DNA of 64,000 nucleotides from an uncultured Dehalococcoidia bacterium (GTDB lineage Bacteria > Chloroflexota > Dehalococcoidia > Lucifugimonadales > UBA3495). Of the stretch, positions 41,206 through 51,888 are shown piece by piece. The notes under the pieces were generated by a model, which saw only the letters and a list, made by a program, of their open reading frames with translations, was not told the origin of the DNA and made no database searches. Each line of letters opens with the position of its first letter. Within the stretch, counting starts at the first letter, position 1. The stretch is taken from NCBI GenBank assembly GCA_950072105.1, contig CATMOE010000001.1, positions 96,001-160,000 on the forward strand, given 5' to 3'. Position numbers and translations under genes: made by a program.

Positions 41206-43641
41206 ATGGTTGACGCCGCCATATGGTTTCTGTCCATTGAGATTCTCGGCCTGTTGGCCCTGCCTCTAAGCTTCGTTCTGTTCCACAGGCTGCCCGATCG
41301 CGGATACACCCTGGCCAAGCCCCTTGCGTTGATTCTGGGGTCTTACTCGTTATGGCTACTGGGGCTCAGCCACATCGCGCCAAATACTAGAGCCACGATA
41401 TTTGGGATATTGGTACTGGGCGGCTTGATCGCCGTACTGCTTATCTGGCGGAACCGAGATTCTTTGCTGGCTTTTCTTAAAAGAGAATGGCCCGGCTTGC
41501 TGGCAGCCGAAGGGATCTTCCTGGGCTTCTTCATCTTCTGGGCCTTTATCGTGTCGGAAGTCCCGGCCATCAGCCACACCGAGAAGCCCATGGACTTCGC
41601 GTTTTTGAACGCGGTGCTCCAGAGCCGGTTTTTCCCGGTGGAAGATCCTTGGCTGGCCGGGCAATCCATCAGTTACTACTATTTCGGCCATTTCACCATG
41701 GCATTTTTGACCCACCTCACCGGGATAACTTCCAGCATCGCCTACAACCTATCGGTTTCCTTGGTGCCGGCGATGGCGGCCATGGGCGCATTCGGGCTGG
41801 TCAACAATCTCATCCGCCTTTCCGGAGGCAGCCGGTTGACGGCTCTTGGATTCGGTCTGATCGCGCCTGCCCTACTGCTTCTGGCCGGGAACCTGGAAGG
41901 GGCGTTGGAGTTCATTCACGCCCAAGGGTGGGGCGGCGACGGCTTCTGGGCATGGATCGGAGTGAAGGGGTTGGAAGCGGGCGCGGCCGGGTCTAGCGCT
42001 TTCCCCAACGACTTCTGGTGGTGGTGGCGAGCTACCCGGGTTATAGATACTCTGCAAGCCGGCCTAAGCCTAGACTACACCATCACGGAATTCCCTTTCT
42101 TCAGCTTTATCTTGGGGGATCTTCATCCTCACGTGGTTAGCCTGCCTTTTGTGATTCTGGGCCTATCCCTATGTCTTAACCTCTTCTTGTCCCCAGCCCG
42201 ATTCGGCCCAGCCTGGCTGTGGCGTCACCCGATCGAGTCGGCTGCCATCGCTTTGCTTATAGGCTCACTGGCTTTCATCAACGCTTGGGACTTCCCTCTG
42301 TTGGCGGTATTGTTGTCCATGGTGTTGTTACTCAAGGCATATGGACAGAATGATGGCGACCTTTCGAAGGCCACGGCGCGTTCGGCGTTGATGCTACTTC
42401 CCATATTGTCGGTCGCGGTGGTCTTGTTCCTTCCTTTTTACCTAACATTGGCCAGTCAAGTATCGGGCATCCTCCCGTTAACCGGCGTGAGTACCCGGCC
42501 GATCTCTTTCTTCCTGGTGATGGGCTTATTTTTCTTCCTGGGTGTTTCTTTCTTACTTCGCCAGGTCGGCGGGTTATCTATGCCGGCCCGAAGAGAAGCG
42601 CCTGGCGTTCTGCTCATCCTGGTTGTCTCTCTCATGCCATTAGCCGTCTGGATACCTATCGTGTACTTAATCACTGCGATCAGCGATGGAGCCGCCGCCG
42701 CCATCACCAAAGTCTTAACCCGGACTTTATGGGTCTTACCCGGATTGGCTTTCGTGGCGTTGGCCGGTGGCAGCGCCGCTCAACGTGTCCTGCTCAAGCG
42801 AGACCTGGTGGTGGCCTTTCCCCTTTTATTACTGGCCGCCGCTTTCTTCCTTCTGGTTGGAGTCGAGCTATTCTTCGTCGCCGATGCCTTCGGAAACCGC
42901 ATGAACACCGTGTTCAAAGTGTATTATCAGACTTGGCTATTATTGGCGATAATAGGAGCATATGGGCTGTACTTCTGGTACTCTCACGGCAGGGTGGCGG
43001 CTCAAGCCGGTACGACAAAACAGCGGCGCGCCATCCCCGTCGCTATACGGCGGGCGCTTCGGCCGGGGCGCCTTGCCTGGACAGGGGTCCTGGTTCTGCT
43101 CCTGACAGCCTCAGCCTACTACCCGGTGGGAGCGGTCCTGAACCGAACCGGCATCACAAGTCCGAACCACACGTTTTCCGACAACACGCTGAACGGCCTT
43201 GCATACGTTGCCGATGCCGACCAGGGAGAGTACGCGGCGATCCAGTGGCTTCGTGACGAGGCGCCATGGGGCCGCATCGTTGAGGCGGTTGGCGACGACT
43301 ACTCCGAGTACGGTAGAATCTCCGGAAGCACCGGTCTGCCCACCGTGTTGGGTTGGAAGGGCCATGAGATCCAATGGCGGGGGAACACCCGGCTCCTGGA
43401 CGGGCGGGAAGAGGACATCACCCAGATATTCCAGAGCGACGATCCCCGATTAGTGGGCCGTCTCTTGAAAAAATACGACGTAACCTACGTATACCTGGGC
43501 CGCCGGGAAAAGTCCGCTTACGGCGGTTTGCGCTTGCCGGACCTGGACGGTCTTTTGGAAACCGTTTTCGACCAAGACGGCGTAGTTATATACAAGGTCG
43601 TCTCAGGGGCATTGGGGGAGAACAAAAGTGACTCTGGTTAA
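41206..43641 (+). CDS. DUF2298 / Chlor_Arch_YYY domain membrane protein
   Basis: EKPMDFAFLN, SYYYFGH, ITEFPFFSFILGDLHPH, RMNTVFKVYYQ, TGLPTVLGW..HE.QWR. Confidence 0.88.
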   Translation: MVDAAIWFLSIEILGLLALPLSFVLFHRLPDRGYTLAKPLALILGSYSLWLLGLSHIAPNTRATIFGILVLGGLIAVLLIWRNRDSLLAFLKREWPGLLAAEGIFLGFFIFWAFIVSEVPAISHTEKPMDFAFLNAVLQSRFFPVEDPWLAGQSISYYYFGHFTMAFLTHLTGITSSIAYNLSVSLVPAMAAMGAFGLVNNLIRLSGGSRLTALGFGLIAPALLLLAGNLEGALEFIHAQGWGGDGFWAWIGVKGLEAGAAGSSAFPNDFWWWWRATRVIDTLQAGLSLDYTITEFPFFSFILGDLHPHVVSLPFVILGLSLCLNLFLSPARFGPAWLWRHPIESAAIALLIGSLAFINAWDFPLLAVLLSMVLLLKAYGQNDGDLSKATARSALMLLPILSVAVVLFLPFYLTLASQVSGILPLTGVSTRPISFFLVMGLFFFLGVSFLLRQVGGLSMPARREAPGVLLILVVSLMPLAVWIPIVYLITAISDGAAAAITKVLTRTLWVLPGLAFVALAGGSAAQRVLLKRDLVVAFPLLLLAAAFFLLVGVELFFVADAFGNRMNTVFKVYYQTWLLLAIIGAYGLYFWYSHGRVAAQAGTTKQRRAIPVAIRRALRPGRLAWTGVLVLLLTASAYYPVGAVLNRTGITSPNHTFSDNTLNGLAYVADADQGEYAAIQWLRDEAPWGRIVEAVGDDYSEYGRISGSTGLPTVLGWKGHEIQWRGNTRLLDGREEDITQIFQSDDPRLVGRLLKKYDVTYVYLGRREKSAYGGLRLPDLDGLLETVFDQDGVVIYKVVSGALGENKSDSG

Positions 43642-46228
43642 CCCAACACAACAGTTGGCGTGGCGGGAATGGATCGTCCTATGGCCCGGTTGGCGCCCCG
43701 GCTGGTTCCTGGCAGGATTCATGCTCTTGGCCCTTGTTGCCTTGGTGCTGCGGCTTTGGGAACTGGATGGCCGCACCATGCACTACGACGAAGCCATCCA
43801 TGTCCACTTTGCTTGGAAACTGGCCCAGGGTAAAGAGTTCATCCATTCCCCTTGGATGCACGGACCCTTCCAAGTTGAACTTACCGCCCTGGTCTTTGCC
43901 ATATTCGGCGATACCGACTTCACCGCCCGCATCACCTACGTCCTGTTCGGGACAGCTTTGGTGGGGTTGCCATATTTCCTAAGAGATCACATCGGCCGGA
44001 CCGGAGCTCTGATATCGGCGGTGATGCTGACTCTCTCGCCCACCCTGCTCTACTTCAGCCGCTTCGGCCGCAACGATATCCTGATGGCGTTCTTTGCTAC
44101 CTCTTTGTTTATCCTGATGTGGCGATACATCCACGAGGAGAAAAATCGCTACTTGTACCTGGCGGCAGGAGTGCTAGCCTTCATGTTCGCCAGCAAAGAA
44201 ACCACCTACATGATCGTGCTGATCTATGGCGGCATGATGTTTCTGCTGGCCGTTCCCGACTTAGCCCCAACGATTCTGGGGCGAGCCAAGATATCCCAAC
44301 TGACCGGCCCGGCGGGATTCTTGCTGCTGTTGATCACCCTGACTCTCCCCCAATGGGGCGCTATCTCCGGGCTGGCCCAAGACGCGTTGGGATTGATATT
44401 AGTAAACCCCAATGGAGTATCCGGAGGAATCATCGGCGCTCCTCATTGGGGATCACCCTTCGTGGCGCTGCCCGTCTACCTCGGCCCGTGGTGGTTCCAC
44501 TCCCTGATCATCGCGGCTCTTGTTGCGATACTCGGAATAATCAACCGGCGACTTTCTTCCAAAGCGGTCGTGGGGATAGTCGTCCCATTAGTTTCCATTG
44601 CCGCGACTTGGATCGCTCTTTTCCGCCCCATCGCAGACGCATCATCGTTCGACATCGCAGTGGCGGCCGACCTTGGGATCTCCGGATTATTGGCCGCCGG
44701 CGCCGTGGCAGCCCTGGTAGTCTTGAATCAACCATGGAAACGGGGCGTCTTGCTGCTGCTGGTCCCGGCCATAGCCATGTTCTTGTACCTATCGGTATTT
44801 ACCCCCCTGGTCAACGTGGGGTCGGTGTTACACGATGTACTCCCTTCCGGAATCAACGTGGACGCCAGCGCCAACGCCATTCCGATGAACTTTCTGGTAG
44901 CCGGTGGGCTGCTTCTCGGTTTGATGGCGACGTCCGCGATTATCGGGGTGGCGTGGCTGGGGTCTCGTTGGCTGATCTGCGCCGGCATTTTCTACGGGAT
45001 CTGGGTAACTCTTTACACCACCATATTCAGTAACATCGCCGGAATCTTCAGCGGCTCCTGGCTGGGCATGGGCTACTGGATCGCCCAGCAAGACGTGGCC
45101 CGGGGAAACCAACCCTGGTATTACTACTTCGTCGGTCTTTCCGTGTATGAGTTGTTGCCGGTGGTCTTCGGGGTGGCCGGAGCTGTCTATTTTCTGAGGA
45201 AGGGAGACGTATTCGGCTTGGTATTGGCCTGCTGGGCCGGGTTAACCCTGTTGGCTTACACCATGGCGTCGGAGAAGATGCCCTGGTTGCTGGTAAACGT
45301 TGCCCTCCCCTTTATTTTCCTGTCCGGCAAGTACCTGGGCGACCTGGTTGAAAAGGTCCGGTGGCGCAACATACTTCGCCAGGGCCAGGTGTTCCTGCTG
45401 GTGTTTCCGCCGCTGGTGGCGGTTGCGGCGGTCTATCTGGTCTATCAATTCGTTAATTCCCAAGGAAACCTCCCCGGCGTGCAATGGGCCTTCGTAGGAG
45501 GCACGGCCCTAATGGCCTTGGCAGCGGCGTATCTAATTAGGATCGCCCCAAAACCAACCAGCGGCGGTGTTCTAACGGGATTGGGATTGGCAGTCCTCCT
45601 GCTGGCCTTCGGAACGGTAGGGGCATTTCGGGCCGCGTACACCTACGACGATTTCAACAAGGAGATCCTGGTATACGCGCAAGGCAGCGCCGACCTGCCC
45701 GTCACCTTTGAAAAGCTTCAGAAAAAAGCTTTGCCCGGAAACTCCTCAGACGATCCGGCAGTTCTGGTAGATTACGACATGTGGTACCCATTCCAGTGGT
45801 ACGTGCGGACTCAGCAGGACGACAACACCGTAAGGTTCGACTGCTTCAAGGCCGAAGGGGATGAAGGTTGGAATTCCAGTTGCAAACCCGCGTCGGACAC
45901 CACCGAATCCCAAGCATTGCTCCTGACGGTGGCACACAAGCTAACGAGCATCACTTCGTTGACCAAGTTCCAGAGAGAGGGCCCGTTCTTAGACCTGCTG
46001 TGGTTCCCTGAAACCTACCGCCGTCCCCACGAGAATCGGCAGGACGAGGGGTTCCAGTGGGGCTTCCGCGGCATCCCCAGCAGGAAACAACTGGGAGAAG
46101 ATTTACGTTATTTCGGGGAGGTGGCCACCAGCAAGGAAAAGTGGTCAAAGACGTTAGGCTATATATTGTTCCGGGAACTGGATACCGATTGGTACAAGTC
46201 TGAGTATTACAGCTACTTGCCCAAATAG
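43628..46228 (+). CDS. TIGR03663 family GT-C-like membrane protein (Agl23-like)
   Basis: HYDEAIH, MHGPFQ, YFSRFGRND, ASKE, QPWYYY, EKMPWL, LVYAQ. Confidence 0.82.
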   Translation: MTLVNPTQQLAWREWIVLWPGWRPGWFLAGFMLLALVALVLRLWELDGRTMHYDEAIHVHFAWKLAQGKEFIHSPWMHGPFQVELTALVFAIFGDTDFTARITYVLFGTALVGLPYFLRDHIGRTGALISAVMLTLSPTLLYFSRFGRNDILMAFFATSLFILMWRYIHEEKNRYLYLAAGVLAFMFASKETTYMIVLIYGGMMFLLAVPDLAPTILGRAKISQLTGPAGFLLLLITLTLPQWGAISGLAQDALGLILVNPNGVSGGIIGAPHWGSPFVALPVYLGPWWFHSLIIAALVAILGIINRRLSSKAVVGIVVPLVSIAATWIALFRPIADASSFDIAVAADLGISGLLAAGAVAALVVLNQPWKRGVLLLLVPAIAMFLYLSVFTPLVNVGSVLHDVLPSGINVDASANAIPMNFLVAGGLLLGLMATSAIIGVAWLGSRWLICAGIFYGIWVTLYTTIFSNIAGIFSGSWLGMGYWIAQQDVARGNQPWYYYFVGLSVYELLPVVFGVAGAVYFLRKGDVFGLVLACWAGLTLLAYTMASEKMPWLLVNVALPFIFLSGKYLGDLVEKVRWRNILRQGQVFLLVFPPLVAVAAVYLVYQFVNSQGNLPGVQWAFVGGTALMALAAAYLIRIAPKPTSGGVLTGLGLAVLLLAFGTVGAFRAAYTYDDFNKEILVYAQGSADLPVTFEKLQKKALPGNSSDDPAVLVDYDMWYPFQWYVRTQQDDNTVRFDCFKAEGDEGWNSSCKPASDTTESQALLLTVAHKLTSITSLTKFQREGPFLDLLWFPETYRRPHENRQDEGFQWGFRGIPSRKQLGEDLRYFGEVATSKEKWSKTLGYILFRELDTDWYKSEYYSYLPK

Positions 46229-46430
46229 GGTTTGCCCGTGATAGCCCAAGCAATTCGCCCGAATTCGGAGAGTCCGGGACGGGTATGTCCTTGAGCAGGC
46301 CCGTGAAGCTCCGGTATACTGGGCACCGTATCCTGTGAAGAAGAAGATGAGGAAACGCCGCAAGTTCTGCCGGGACGCCCAGTGACCTTTCCAACTCCGT
46401 TCACGATTATCTTGTCGAGGTATCTAGAGA

Positions 46431-47540
46431 TTGCTGCTTACTAACTGGCGGTTCTGGCTCGCTCTGGTTGTCAGCGCTCTCTTCATGTTGCTGCTGCTCT
46501 ATCAGGTCGACCTGGGCGAGATACGCAGCGCCCTCTTGGAGGCCAATTACCTCTACGTCGCCCCAGCCATCGCTCTGTATTTCGTAGCGGTCTACTTCCG
46601 CAGTGTGCGCTGGCGGTACCTGCTTTCCCCTTTGCGGACATTCCCGGTCAGCCGGCTCTACCCGGTCATAGTGATCGGCTACATGGCAAACAACTTGCTG
46701 CCTGCCCGTCTGGGCGAACTGGTCCGCTCCTACTATCTGGCGCGCCGGGAGAATTTCAACGCTAGCGCGGCCCTCGCCACCATCGCCGTTGAGCGGGTTT
46801 ACGACGGAGTGACCCTCCTGGCCTTTGCCGCCGTGTCGGCGCCGATTTTATTTATGTTGGGCCAGTTCGACGGCGGCGGCGGGATCTCAAGAACTGCCTG
46901 GATACTGGTGGGCGGATTGATGGTGGTCCTGTTCTTGGGCGCCCTGGTGTTTTTAACCTGTCTGGCGGTTATACCTCGGTTCTTGGATTTTGTCCAATGG
47001 TGCACCAACGTTATTCCGGCGCGATGGGGTAGGAACCAGGTGCAAAGTCTGGTGCTGACTTTTGTTGAGGGACTGAAAGTGCTGAGTTCGCCAAGACAAC
47101 ATCTGGCGCTCTTCGTCTTCTCCCTTCCGGTATGGCTTCTGGAAAGCTCCACCTACTATCTGGTCGGCTATGCCTTCGGCATCGACCAGCTATTCAGTTC
47201 GGTCTGGGTGTTCCTGCTTGTAGTGTTGCTACTGACTGCCACGTCAAACCTGGCCACGTCTGTACCCACGGCCATAGGCGGCATCGGCCCCTTCGAGGTA
47301 GTGGCGCAGCAAACCCTGCTGGCATTGGGGGTCGGCGCGTCGGTTGGGGCCGCTTACGCCGGGTTCGTGCACCTGATAGCCCTGTGGCTCCCGGTGAACT
47401 TGGCCGGCCTGGTCCTGGTATGGAAGCAAAACCTATCTATCAAGGAACTAACCGGGGGCGGAGAGATACCCGAACCGTCGCTGGAACAGATCAATCAGCC
47501 CTCGGGACGGACCGGTCAGTCGATGGAAGACGTGTCATGA
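46431..47540 (+). CDS. Lysylphosphatidylglycerol synthase TM / flippase-like (UPF0104) protein
   Basis: RWRYLL, GYMANNLLPARLGELVR, ERVYD, GGIGPFE. Confidence 0.88.
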   Translation: MLLTNWRFWLALVVSALFMLLLLYQVDLGEIRSALLEANYLYVAPAIALYFVAVYFRSVRWRYLLSPLRTFPVSRLYPVIVIGYMANNLLPARLGELVRSYYLARRENFNASAALATIAVERVYDGVTLLAFAAVSAPILFMLGQFDGGGGISRTAWILVGGLMVVLFLGALVFLTCLAVIPRFLDFVQWCTNVIPARWGRNQVQSLVLTFVEGLKVLSSPRQHLALFVFSLPVWLLESSTYYLVGYAFGIDQLFSSVWVFLLVVLLLTATSNLATSVPTAIGGIGPFEVVAQQTLLALGVGASVGAAYAGFVHLIALWLPVNLAGLVLVWKQNLSIKELTGGGEIPEPSLEQINQPSGRTGQSMEDVS

Positions 47541-48868
47541 GAGTAGGCATCATCGGCGGCGGAGCAGCGGGTCTGGCGGCAGCCTACGAACTGACGAAAC
47601 GGGGCCACTACGCTGAAGTTTTCGAGCGGGCGCCCTTTTTGGGCGGACAGGCTTCGACCTTTACGGTGGGCGGAGGCCAACTGGAACGCGGATACCACCA
47701 CTTGTTTGTCAGCGACGTGGCCATTACCGAATTGATCCATGAGTTGGGCCTGGGAGACAAGCTGGCCTGGCTAGAGTCCAAAGTGGGCTTGTATCACGGT
47801 GGCACAATCTGGAGTTTCAGCACGCCCATGGACCTGCTTCGGTTCAAGCCACTGTCCATGCTACAACGGCTCCGGGTCGGATGGTGGACCTTCGTCCTGC
47901 AAAAGACCAAGAACTGGCGCAAGTTTGAGGACGTTACGGCTAGGGATTGGCTGGTCAAGCACATGGGCGCTCAAGCCTATCGGGTTATTTGGGAGCCGCT
48001 TCTCAGGGGCAAGTTCGGCGACTACTACGACCAGGTCAGCATGACTTGGATCTGGGGCAAGATTTACCTCCGGGTCGCCTCCAGGGGCAAGGGTATGCAG
48101 AAAGAGCGTCTGGGCTACCCCATGGGAAGCTTCGGCGAGGTGTTCGACGTGCTTGGGGAGCGGGTTTCCCAGCAAGGCGGCGACGTCCATATCTCCGCCG
48201 GGGTCAACCGGATCCTAGTCGAAGACAACAACGCGACGGGATTGGAGGTGCAACTCTCTGACAGTGAACCCGAATCCAGAAACTACGACGCAGTCATCGC
48301 CACGACCCCATCATATATCTTTACCCGCCTGGTTCCGGACTTACCAGAGGACTACCGGGAAAAACTGGTGAACGTTCAATACCTGTCGGCGGTGCTATTG
48401 ATCTTGGTGATGGACCGGCCGCTGACCGACAAATACTGGATAAGTATCGCCGACCACGACCTTCCCTTCGTGGGGATCATCGAGCACACCAATATGATCG
48501 ACCGGTCCCTTTATGGGGGCCACCACATCGTCTATCTCACCAACTACCCCAGCCGTGAAAGCGAACTATACCAGAAGAGCGCCGAGGAGTTGATGGAAGA
48601 ACTCACTCCCCATCTGCGCCGATTAAACCCCGATTTCGAACTGTCCTGGATACTGGAGTACCACCACCATAAAGTGGACGGGGCCCAGCCAATCATCGGC
48701 ACCAACTATAGCGAGCGTATCCCTGACCACCGGACCCCCATCAAGAACCTGTATCTGGCGAACACAACGCAGATATACCCCGAAGACCGGGGCACCAACT
48801 ACTCGGTGCGCATGGGCCGGCAAGTTGCCCGCATGGTTCTGGAAGACGCCGGTGAGGTAGTCGATTAA
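47537..48868 (+). CDS. NAD(P)/FAD-dependent oxidoreductase (amine oxidase/PPO-like)
   Basis: GGGAAGLAAA, ERGYHHLF, YPEDRGTNYS; ATGA overlap with the upstream gene. Confidence 0.88.
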   Translation: MRVGIIGGGAAGLAAAYELTKRGHYAEVFERAPFLGGQASTFTVGGGQLERGYHHLFVSDVAITELIHELGLGDKLAWLESKVGLYHGGTIWSFSTPMDLLRFKPLSMLQRLRVGWWTFVLQKTKNWRKFEDVTARDWLVKHMGAQAYRVIWEPLLRGKFGDYYDQVSMTWIWGKIYLRVASRGKGMQKERLGYPMGSFGEVFDVLGERVSQQGGDVHISAGVNRILVEDNNATGLEVQLSDSEPESRNYDAVIATTPSYIFTRLVPDLPEDYREKLVNVQYLSAVLLILVMDRPLTDKYWISIADHDLPFVGIIEHTNMIDRSLYGGHHIVYLTNYPSRESELYQKSAEELMEELTPHLRRLNPDFELSWILEYHHHKVDGAQPIIGTNYSERIPDHRTPIKNLYLANTTQIYPEDRGTNYSVRMGRQVARMVLEDAGEVVD

Positions 48869-48993
48869 GTGGCGGCAGTTGCAAAATCCGGCCCACCAAG
48901 TAAAATAGTTGGAGCGGCGCTGTTACGGCGAAGTTACTCTGAAGCCGCAAAGACGCCCAATCATACCCAAGGGCGTCCAGTCCATCATAGTAG

Positions 48994-49236
48994 GTGTTTG
49001 TTGTGAGTGTTGAATCTTCCGAATCCCAATCCGGCAGCCAGTCGCGCCGGGGTTTCCTGGCCAAGATCGGTCTTGGTGTAGCGGCCATCGCCGCGGTATC
49101 TCTGCCGCTCGGCCTGGGCCGAGGTAACCCAAAATCCACGGCCACCCCAGCGTCCCAAGAATTCCCCGGTGAAGACTCCATTTTCCACCCAGCCCAAGAT
49201 CCCCGGTTGGACCCCCGCCGCAACAAGTCCTCTTAG
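48994..49236 (+). CDS. Small protein with twin-arginine (Tat) signal
   Basis: SRRGFLAK followed by a hydrophobic stretch; very short mature part. Confidence 0.6.
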   Translation: MFVVSVESSESQSGSQSRRGFLAKIGLGVAAIAAVSLPLGLGRGNPKSTATPASQEFPGEDSIFHPAQDPRLDPRRNKSS

Positions 49237-49587
49237 AGTCTACGCCAGGATTCCCATGGCAGGTTCGGCAAAGTGGTGCGAGCCGAGGGTCGTCGCTTCT
49301 TGCAGGGAATCTAGCTAACTCGCTCTCAACACTGTCACCCCTCTCCTTCCGCCGAAGGATCGGGGTCTCTGGCCTTCGTTGAGAGCGCCTCCAAGGGTGG
49401 ACAGGCCGTTGGTGCAAGTACTAGACCGTCTTGCTAATGTTACCTGCGATTCCTCGCCGCCCTTCAGCGGAAGGGCTGGTGTCGGAATGACGAAGAGCGT
49501 GGCCGAAGGCTGGCGATCCTATCTTCGGAGCACTGACAGGTTGGCGCACTCAGGCGATCCACCACCATCAACTCAACCCGCAACCGG

Positions 49588-51300
49588 CTAACGCCGCCCA
49601 AACTCCCGTTCCATGTGGAAAGAGCTGAAATGGAGCATGGTGGGACGGCCATGGGGACAGGTGTGGGGATTGGTGGTGGCCTCCAACTGCTCGAGCAGTG
49701 ACCGCATCTCGGCTTCGCTGAGGGACTTTCCCGCCCTGATGGCGCTGTGGCAAGCGATGGACGCGGCCAATATGTCCTCCTGTTGCCGTAGCAATCCCTC
49801 GAACGCCACCATATCCAGAACGTTGAGCAGCCCTTGTCCGGGGTCCTGTTCGCTTAAGATGCTAGGGACCGCCCTAACCAGGTAGGAATCGACGCCGAAG
49901 GGCTCTAACCGGTACCCGTAGTGGGTCAGCATCTCTTGGTTTTTTTGCAAAACCTCAAGCTGGGCTGGAGACAAGTCAACCATGGCGGGTTCTAGCAAAC
50001 TCTCGGCGGGCCGCTCGGCGTCCTCCTTGGCCTGAATCCTGTCGAATAAGATCCGCTCGTGGGCCGCATGCTGGTCCACTAGGAACATCCCGTCCGGCCC
50101 TTCAGCTACGATATAAGTCAGCTTGACTTGGCCCACGACCTTCAGCGGAGGAGGAGCGGCGATGGACGCCGCCGCGTCAACCGGCCCAGAGAACGTCCCC
50201 TGCTGTTGGCCGGAGAAAACGGTGCGGGGGAAATAGGACTGGCTCCCCACCGGATACGGATTCATCGCGGAAGAAGAGCCGCTGGGCGACTGTAGCGGCG
50301 GTACCGGCGAGTCGGCGATCAGCGCGGCTCGAACCGTTCGCTGCAACGCGGAAAAAACCTTTCCTTCCTGGTGAAACCGTACTTCGCGCTTCGCCGGGTG
50401 GGAATTAACGTCCACATCGCTGTAGGGCACGGTCAAGTTGATAGCGGCTAAAGGAAAACGGCGCTCCGGCAACAGCCCATGGTAGGCCTCCTCCAAGGCG
50501 AAGGAAAGCATGCGGCTCTGGATCCACCTGCGGTTGACGAAGAACGCCATGTAAGTCCGGTTGGAGCGATGGAGATTGGGGGCGCTGATGAATCCGTCGA
50601 CGCCGTAGCCGTTCTCCGGGTCTTCGCCGTGAACCTCCAGCATATCCTCGGCCGCTTCGGAACCGTAGACCGCCAACAGCGTTTCCCGGGCTTGGCCGTT
50701 GCCCGAACTGGTTAGCGATCGGCGCCCGTCACTGACCAATTGAAAAGCAACGGACGGGTATGCTAGGGCGTATCGGGCCACTAACTCTTGAACCCGCCCT
50801 GTCTCGGTAGAATTGGACTTCAGGAATTTACGGCGGGCCGGCATGTTGCCGAACAGATCTGAGACCTCCACCGTGGTGCCCACTGGACATCCCTGGGCGC
50901 CATTCGCCGACCTGATGCCCCAATCGATGGCGATGCGCTGTCCGGAACCGGACTGAGGCGGACGGGTGGTCATGGTCAGCCGGGAAACAGCGGCAATACT
51001 GGGCAAGGCCTCACCCCGAAACCCCAGGGTCGCGATGGCGTCGAGCTGCTCTTGGGACTGAAGTTTGCTGGTGGCGTGGCGGGCGAAGGCGGTTTCCAGC
51101 TCGGAAGGAGTGATTCCCTCTCCGTCGTCGGTGACTCGAATTCTTTCGGTACCGCCGCCGGCGACCTCAACGACTATCCGGGAAGCGCCAGCATCCAGAG
51201 AGTTTTCAACCAGCTCTTTTACCACCGACGCGGGTCGTTCTATAACTTCCCCGGCGGCGATCTTGCTGGCCAGGTCCGGTGGGAGCACCTTGATGGGCAT
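49588..51300 (-). CDS. mutL: DNA mismatch repair endonuclease MutL
   Basis: IAAGEVIERP, GFRGEAL, DQHAAHER, ACH, CPHGRP. Confidence 0.97.
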   Translation of the reverse strand: MPIKVLPPDLASKIAAGEVIERPASVVKELVENSLDAGASRIVVEVAGGGTERIRVTDDGEGITPSELETAFARHATSKLQSQEQLDAIATLGFRGEALPSIAAVSRLTMTTRPPQSGSGQRIAIDWGIRSANGAQGCPVGTTVEVSDLFGNMPARRKFLKSNSTETGRVQELVARYALAYPSVAFQLVSDGRRSLTSSGNGQARETLLAVYGSEAAEDMLEVHGEDPENGYGVDGFISAPNLHRSNRTYMAFFVNRRWIQSRMLSFALEEAYHGLLPERRFPLAAINLTVPYSDVDVNSHPAKREVRFHQEGKVFSALQRTVRAALIADSPVPPLQSPSGSSSAMNPYPVGSQSYFPRTVFSGQQQGTFSGPVDAAASIAAPPPLKVVGQVKLTYIVAEGPDGMFLVDQHAAHERILFDRIQAKEDAERPAESLLEPAMVDLSPAQLEVLQKNQEMLTHYGYRLEPFGVDSYLVRAVPSILSEQDPGQGLLNVLDMVAFEGLLRQQEDILAASIACHSAIRAGKSLSEAEMRSLLEQLEATTNPHTCPHGRPTMLHFSSFHMEREFGRR

Positions 51301-51309
51301 GGCAGCGCC

Positions 51310-51747
51310 CTAAAAGAGAGGTATGGTGGAGCCCTTGGCTTTGTACTGACGGTCTTCCGACGACCCGGTTGCGACGACGTCGGCAATGATCTGGTAGATG
51401 CGGTCCATTTCCTGGTCTACGCTTCGTTTGAAGAAGTACGGCGGAACCCACACGCCGCTAAAAGCAGCGACGATCTCGGGATAGTCGTCGATGACAAAAT
51501 CGGGCTCGAAGGGAACACTCAGTTCTTCCAGTCGCTCGTGGAAATGGTGGGTGGGCTTTTCGTACACGCCGCTGATAAGAGGTTCCAGGTTATGCTTTTT
51601 CACCACTTCCCAGCGCTCTCCCATCCCGGACCAGATGTAGATCTCGTGGCCGTCGTCCTTTATCTTTTGTAGAGTCTCCATGGTCCCTGGGCGGAGACTA
51701 TCGTCAAGCCCCAAGATAGTGTAGTCAACGTCGAAAAATATCTTCAT
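51310..51747 (-). CDS. Minimal HAD-superfamily hydrolase
   Basis: FFDVDYT (DxDxT), IWSG, K, VIDD. Confidence 0.75.
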   Translation of the reverse strand: MKIFFDVDYTILGLDDSLRPGTMETLQKIKDDGHEIYIWSGMGERWEVVKKHNLEPLISGVYEKPTHHFHERLEELSVPFEPDFVIDDYPEIVAAFSGVWVPPYFFKRSVDQEMDRIYQIIADVVATGSSEDRQYKAKGSTIPLF

Positions 51748-51888
51748 GGGCGAGTGTGGGGCCTTCTTTCAATGGCAGAATTGGGAACCGGATAATGTGA
51801 TTATATCGTAACCTCCGCTGCGAATACAGTGCAATTCAGCACCGAAAATTGCTTGTTGTCTGAGATGCAACGCCAAATTCGGCAACTG

